Of a stretch of 64,000 nt of DNA, positions 60,440 to 64,000 are shown piece by piece. Position 1 is the stretch's first letter. The number at the start of each line of letters is the position of its first letter. The stretch is from Chthonomonadaceae bacterium (GTDB lineage Bacteria > Armatimonadota > Chthonomonadetes > Chthonomonadales > Chthonomonadaceae), in the NCBI GenBank assembly GCA_035650735.1, contig DASRGZ010000206.1:1-64000 (forward strand), in the 5' to 3' direction. A program made the position numbers and the translations under genes. Below the pieces are notes generated by a model. That model was given only the letters and a program-made list of their open reading frames with translations, ran no database searches and was not told the DNA's origin.

Positions 60440-61252
60440 ATGATGCCCAACTTTATTTGTGTGCAGTGTGGGGTGCAGTTTACGGAGACAGAGAGGCCGC
60501 CGGAGCATTGCCCTATCTGCGCGGACGAGCGGCAGTACATCAACCCGAACGGGCAGGCGTGGACGACTCTGGAAGACTTACGCACCGACCATCGCAGCGT
60601 CTTGCAGGAGCACGAGCCGGGCCTGATGGGGATCGGGACAGAACCGCACTTTGCCATTGGGCAGCGCGCCCTGTTGGTGCAGTCGCCCGGCGGCAACATC
60701 CTCTGGGACTGCATTAGCCTGATGGACGACGCGGCGGTGGAAGCGGTGCGTGCGCGCGGCGGCCTCTCTGCCATTGCCATCTCGCACCCGCACTTCTATG
60801 CGGCGATGGTGGAGTGGAGCCGTGCCTTCGGCGGCGTGCCCATCTATCTGCACGCCGCCGACCGGGAGTGGGTCATGCGTTCCGACCCGGCCATCGCCTA
60901 TTGGGAGGGCGAGACGCAGGCGCTTGGCGAGGGGCTGACGCTGATCCACTGTGGGGGCCACTTTGCGGGCAGCACGGCGCTGCATTGGGCCGGGGGCGCG
61001 GAAGGACGCGGCGCGCTCCTGACCGGCGATACCCTCCAGGTCGTTGCTGATCGCCGGTACGTCAGCTTTATGTACAGCTATCCGAACCTGATCCCGCTGC
61101 CCGCGCCCGCCATCCGGCGAATCGTGGAGGCCGTCGAGCCGTTTGCCTATGATCGCATCTATGGCGGCTGGTTCCCCAGCGTCGTCTCGGAGGGAGCCAA
61201 AGCCGCCGTCGCGCGCTCGGCGGAGCGTTATCTTCACGCCGTCGGAGGTTAG
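60440..61252 (+). CDS. MBL-fold metallo-hydrolase-like protein
   Basis: CVQCG..CPICADERQY, ISHPHFY, GGHF, TGD. Confidence 0.88.
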   Translation: MMPNFICVQCGVQFTETERPPEHCPICADERQYINPNGQAWTTLEDLRTDHRSVLQEHEPGLMGIGTEPHFAIGQRALLVQSPGGNILWDCISLMDDAAVEAVRARGGLSAIAISHPHFYAAMVEWSRAFGGVPIYLHAADREWVMRSDPAIAYWEGETQALGEGLTLIHCGGHFAGSTALHWAGGAEGRGALLTGDTLQVVADRRYVSFMYSYPNLIPLPAPAIRRIVEAVEPFAYDRIYGGWFPSVVSEGAKAAVARSAERYLHAVGG

Positions 61253-61286
61253 CGCCCTGCGCCGTTAGGAAGGGAATTAGACGCTC

Positions 61287-61925
61287 TCAATCTCCGTCCC
61301 GGTATCTCGCGCTAAGGATGCCCGGCCAGATGGTCGTCTTCAATTTGCTCCGCCACTCCTGCTGGGTGACCTTTGTCCCCGGCGTGCTGCCCTCGCCATA
61401 GGTGAGCGTATCCAGAAACGCCAGCACGTCGGTAAGCCGTCCCTCGATCAAGTTCACCCCGGTGGCACGAGAGGGAGCCTGATTGTAGTAGTGGAACTCG
61501 TGGATGACTCTATCAATCGCCAGCATCTTCTCACGCGGCGAACGCGCCCGCTCAAACCGCTGCACGAACGCCTGAAATATCTCCACCGCCCCGCCGGGGT
61601 TGAGCTGCCGGCGTTTGTAGCTCTTCTGGTACTCATGCCAGGTCAGACTCCACGCGCACTCCGGGCATTGCAGTACCTCGTCCCGTCCCCCTTTGCGCAG
61701 GATGATGCTGACCTTGCCATCATGGGCGCAGCGCGGGCATTTCACCCGGCCTTTCCGGGCTTCGGCGATGGTCAGGATGGCCTGACAGCGCAGGTAGAGC
61801 GCATACCCGACATCTTCCACAAGCTCCTCATCCAGCAGTCCCCTGGCATCGCTCTCGTAGAGACGGCGCAGCCTGTCCTTGCGTACTCGTGGCGGCCAGC
61901 GTATCTCGGCCCTTTCCTCTTCCAT
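61287..61925 (-). CDS. Hypothetical protein with CxxC...CxxC zinc finger
   Basis: CPRC..CPEC, IHEFH; RBS aggag. Confidence 0.8.
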   Translation of the reverse strand: MEEERAEIRWPPRVRKDRLRRLYESDARGLLDEELVEDVGYALYLRCQAILTIAEARKGRVKCPRCAHDGKVSIILRKGGRDEVLQCPECAWSLTWHEYQKSYKRRQLNPGGAVEIFQAFVQRFERARSPREKMLAIDRVIHEFHYYNQAPSRATGVNLIEGRLTDVLAFLDTLTYGEGSTPGTKVTQQEWRSKLKTTIWPGILSARYRDGD

Positions 61926-61970
61926 AGCCTCTCTCCTTCCTGAAGAGGAAGACAGCTTTCACCGGGCACA

Positions 61971-62066
61971 AGTTGCATCGGACGGGAGCGCATTTGCGAC
62001 TCGCTGTATTCGAAGGCAAAGCTGTGGTAGATCGGCAGTTGCATAGGACGGGAGCGCATTTGCGAC
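61971..62066. CRISPR. Orphan CRISPR-like mini-array (2 repeats, 1 spacer), unconfirmed
   Basis: AGTTGCATMGGACGGGAGCGCATTTGCGAC at 61971-62000 and 62037-62066; 36-bp unique spacer; no cas genes in window. Confidence 0.45.
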
Positions 62067-62088
62067 CGCCCGCGATTTCTGCTACAAT
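62060..62088 (+). promoter_or_regulatory. sigma70-type promoter whose -35 lies in the second repeat
   Basis: TTGCGA-17 bp-TACAAT with extended TG. Confidence 0.6.
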
Positions 62089-62118
62089 GGAGACGACCCC
62101 ATTTCCTGTAAAGAAGCC

Positions 62119-62850
62119 ATGTACAACGTTTACGATTCCTTCCGCAACGTGCGTCTGGTCAAGCCGGACGACCCGGACTATATCGCCTTTATGCGCCGCA
62201 TGGCCGATAAGCGCCCATCGCGAGGCGGACCGCGCGCGGCGGGCGAGTATCTGGGCGGCATGGTGGAGCAGGCCGTCCGACACTGGCTGGGCGGCTACGT
62301 CCCACTTCAGGAGGAACGCATTCTCTCCTGGGAGCAGCGGCTACGCAACGGGCGGCACGCCACCCTCTACCGAGAACTCGACGCCGTATGGACGATTGAC
62401 CACGAATCGCTCTGCCTCTACGAGATGAAGCTGACCACGCCGGAGAACATGGAGCGCGGCGTCGGCCTGCGCCAGCTCGATACGGCAGCGGAGACGCTAT
62501 TTACCTCGAAGCGTTACCGGTACGTTTTGGAGCGGCTGGTCTACGTTGCCGAAGAGCCGATCCCCGTGCTGGACGGTCTGCCTGCGCTGGCCCCCGATGA
62601 TGAGTACGAGGAGCTTGGCGTCGTCTGGGTCCCGCCGCAGGCGGTGGAGACAGCCGCGAAGGAGCTTGGCCTGGAATTGCCGGAGGACTGGCTGAAGCCG
62701 GAGGCGCGCGAAGGCTTTGTGGAGGACCCGGAGCGAGAAGAATGGCGGCAATATGCCGACACTATGGCCCGCGAGCAAACAGAGGAGGAACCCCCCTCCG
62801 GGCCGTTGGCCGACGCTCTGCGCCGCGCCCTGAAGCAAGAGGAGCCTTAA
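62119..62850 (+). CDS. Hypothetical protein with PD-(D/E)XK nuclease-like motif
   Basis: GGMVE..RELDAV..LYEMK..RQL pattern; acidic tail. Confidence 0.7.
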   Translation: MYNVYDSFRNVRLVKPDDPDYIAFMRRMADKRPSRGGPRAAGEYLGGMVEQAVRHWLGGYVPLQEERILSWEQRLRNGRHATLYRELDAVWTIDHESLCLYEMKLTTPENMERGVGLRQLDTAAETLFTSKRYRYVLERLVYVAEEPIPVLDGLPALAPDDEYEELGVVWVPPQAVETAAKELGLELPEDWLKPEAREGFVEDPEREEWRQYADTMAREQTEEEPPSGPLADALRRALKQEEP

Positions 62851-62860
62851 ACAAAAAAAT

Positions 62861-62904
62861 GCCATCGGAGGTGCTCTGGCACGCAATAACCCGCCTCCGA
62901 TGGC
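62861..62904. terminator. Hairpin after the nuclease-like gene
   Basis: gccatcggagg..cctccgatggc preceded by an A-run. Confidence 0.45.
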
Positions 62905-63068
62905 GCTCTTCCCGAGGTTGAAATACGCGCTGCGTATTCCCGGTCTACACAGAAGAGAAAATAACCTAATCGAGCTGCTGTATCCTATGACAACACGCTC
63001 CCGAGAAGGTTACAAATTTATTGGAGAATTCTGCAGGCAGAATGCAAGAGCAGGGGATAGGCGGGGCG

Positions 63069-64000
63069 ATGGGGAGTCCGGAAAGGCAAACCGGACGCGC
63101 CTGGGCGGAGATCGATCTAGGGGCGGTGCGCGCCAATGTCACCGCCCTGCGCGCCTTTTGCGGGCCGCAGACGCAGTTGATGGCGGTCGTCAAGGCCGAT
63201 GCCTATGGGCATGGCCTGGCGCCGGTAGCGCAGGCGGCGGTGGTGGCGGGTGCGGATTGGCTCGGCGTGGCGACGGTGGCAGAGGGCATGGCGCTGCGCG
63301 CCGTCGGCCTGGAAGCGCCCATTGCCCTGCTCTGCCCGCCGGCGCCCGACGAGGCCGAGGCCGTTATTGCGCACCGGCTGACGGCGATGGTCGGCGATCT
63401 TACCACTCTAGAAGCACTGGCGGGCGCGGCCTGCCCTTTTATCCGGCACGGCAACGCGCCCGCGATCCATCTGGAGATAGATACCGGTATGGGACGCGCC
63501 GGGGTTCTGCCGGAAGCGGCGCTCTCCCTCTGGCGCGCGGCCCTACAGGCGGGACTGCGCGTTACCGGACTAGCTACCCACTTTGCCGACGCGGACGGCC
63601 CGGACAGCACCTTTACGCAAAGCCAGGTCCTCGCCTTCCAACGCACCCGCGCTGCCTTAGAAGAGGCCGGGGCGCGTTTTGAAGTTATTCACCTCAGCAA
63701 CAGCGCGGCGACCCTGCGCTTCCCGGAAGCGCGCGGCAATCTTATCCGTCCTGGCCTGCTGCTCTACGGCATCCTCCCGCCCGTTCCTGCCCCTGCCTAT
63801 GACGTCGCCTCGGCGAACACGGCGGAGTGGCCTGCCGTGCAGCCCGTCTTGACGCTGAAGGCGCGTGTGGCGACGGTGCGCGCCTTGCCCGCCGGGCACC
63901 CCATCAGCTATGGTGTCAGCCACCGTTTAAAACGTCCAAGTACGGTCGCCACCGTGCTCATCGGCTATGGCGATGGCTATCCGCGCCGCCTCTCCAATCA
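63069..64000 (+). CDS. alr: Alanine racemase (runs off window end)
   Basis: Own translation: AWAEIDL..VVKADAYGHG..HLEIDTGMGR..THFA..NSA..RPG..SYG..GYGDG. Confidence 0.95.
   Translation, partial: MGSPERQTGRAWAEIDLGAVRANVTALRAFCGPQTQLMAVVKADAYGHGLAPVAQAAVVAGADWLGVATVAEGMALRAVGLEAPIALLCPPAPDEAEAVIAHRLTAMVGDLTTLEALAGAACPFIRHGNAPAIHLEIDTGMGRAGVLPEAALSLWRAALQAGLRVTGLATHFADADGPDSTFTQSQVLAFQRTRAALEEAGARFEVIHLSNSAATLRFPEARGNLIRPGLLLYGILPPVPAPAYDVASANTAEWPAVQPVLTLKARVATVRALPAGHPISYGVSHRLKRPSTVATVLIGYGDGYPRRLSN

Noticed and set aside
1..64000. rRNA, intact tRNA, prophage or cas genes
   Set aside because: None recognised by eye

Overview
GC-rich bacterial chromosomal segment. Gene content (PEP-CTERM protein, SLH/beta-barrel envelope protein, DUF1501-like protein, BatA/VWA protein) suggests Armatimonadota or a similar diderm lineage; this is inference. 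Core genes are hisD-hisB-hisH-hisA, galT, ackA and alr (partial), with a MarR-ABC pair and a CheB-CheB-CheR/PAS-kinase cluster lacking any receptor or CheA in the window. Decayed accessory DNA includes a solo tnpB interrupted by an 82-bp MITE with an 8-bp target duplication, an IS630 abutting a truncated DUF3320-type helicase/nuclease gene, and frameshifted Uma2, nucleotidyltransferase and other pseudogenes. Intergenic spaces are full of nested palindromic repeats and MITEs. The most notable signals are: (1) an orphan repeat-spacer-repeat unit between a putative PD-(D/E)XK nuclease gene and a divergent Zn-finger gene; (2) several unrelated ~30-38 bp duplications around ~33-40 bp inserts, one inside a coding sequence, with CRISPR-integration-like geometry; (3) a 46-bp element that inserts into other repeats and into itself. 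All family assignments are by motif recognition only; no searches were run.
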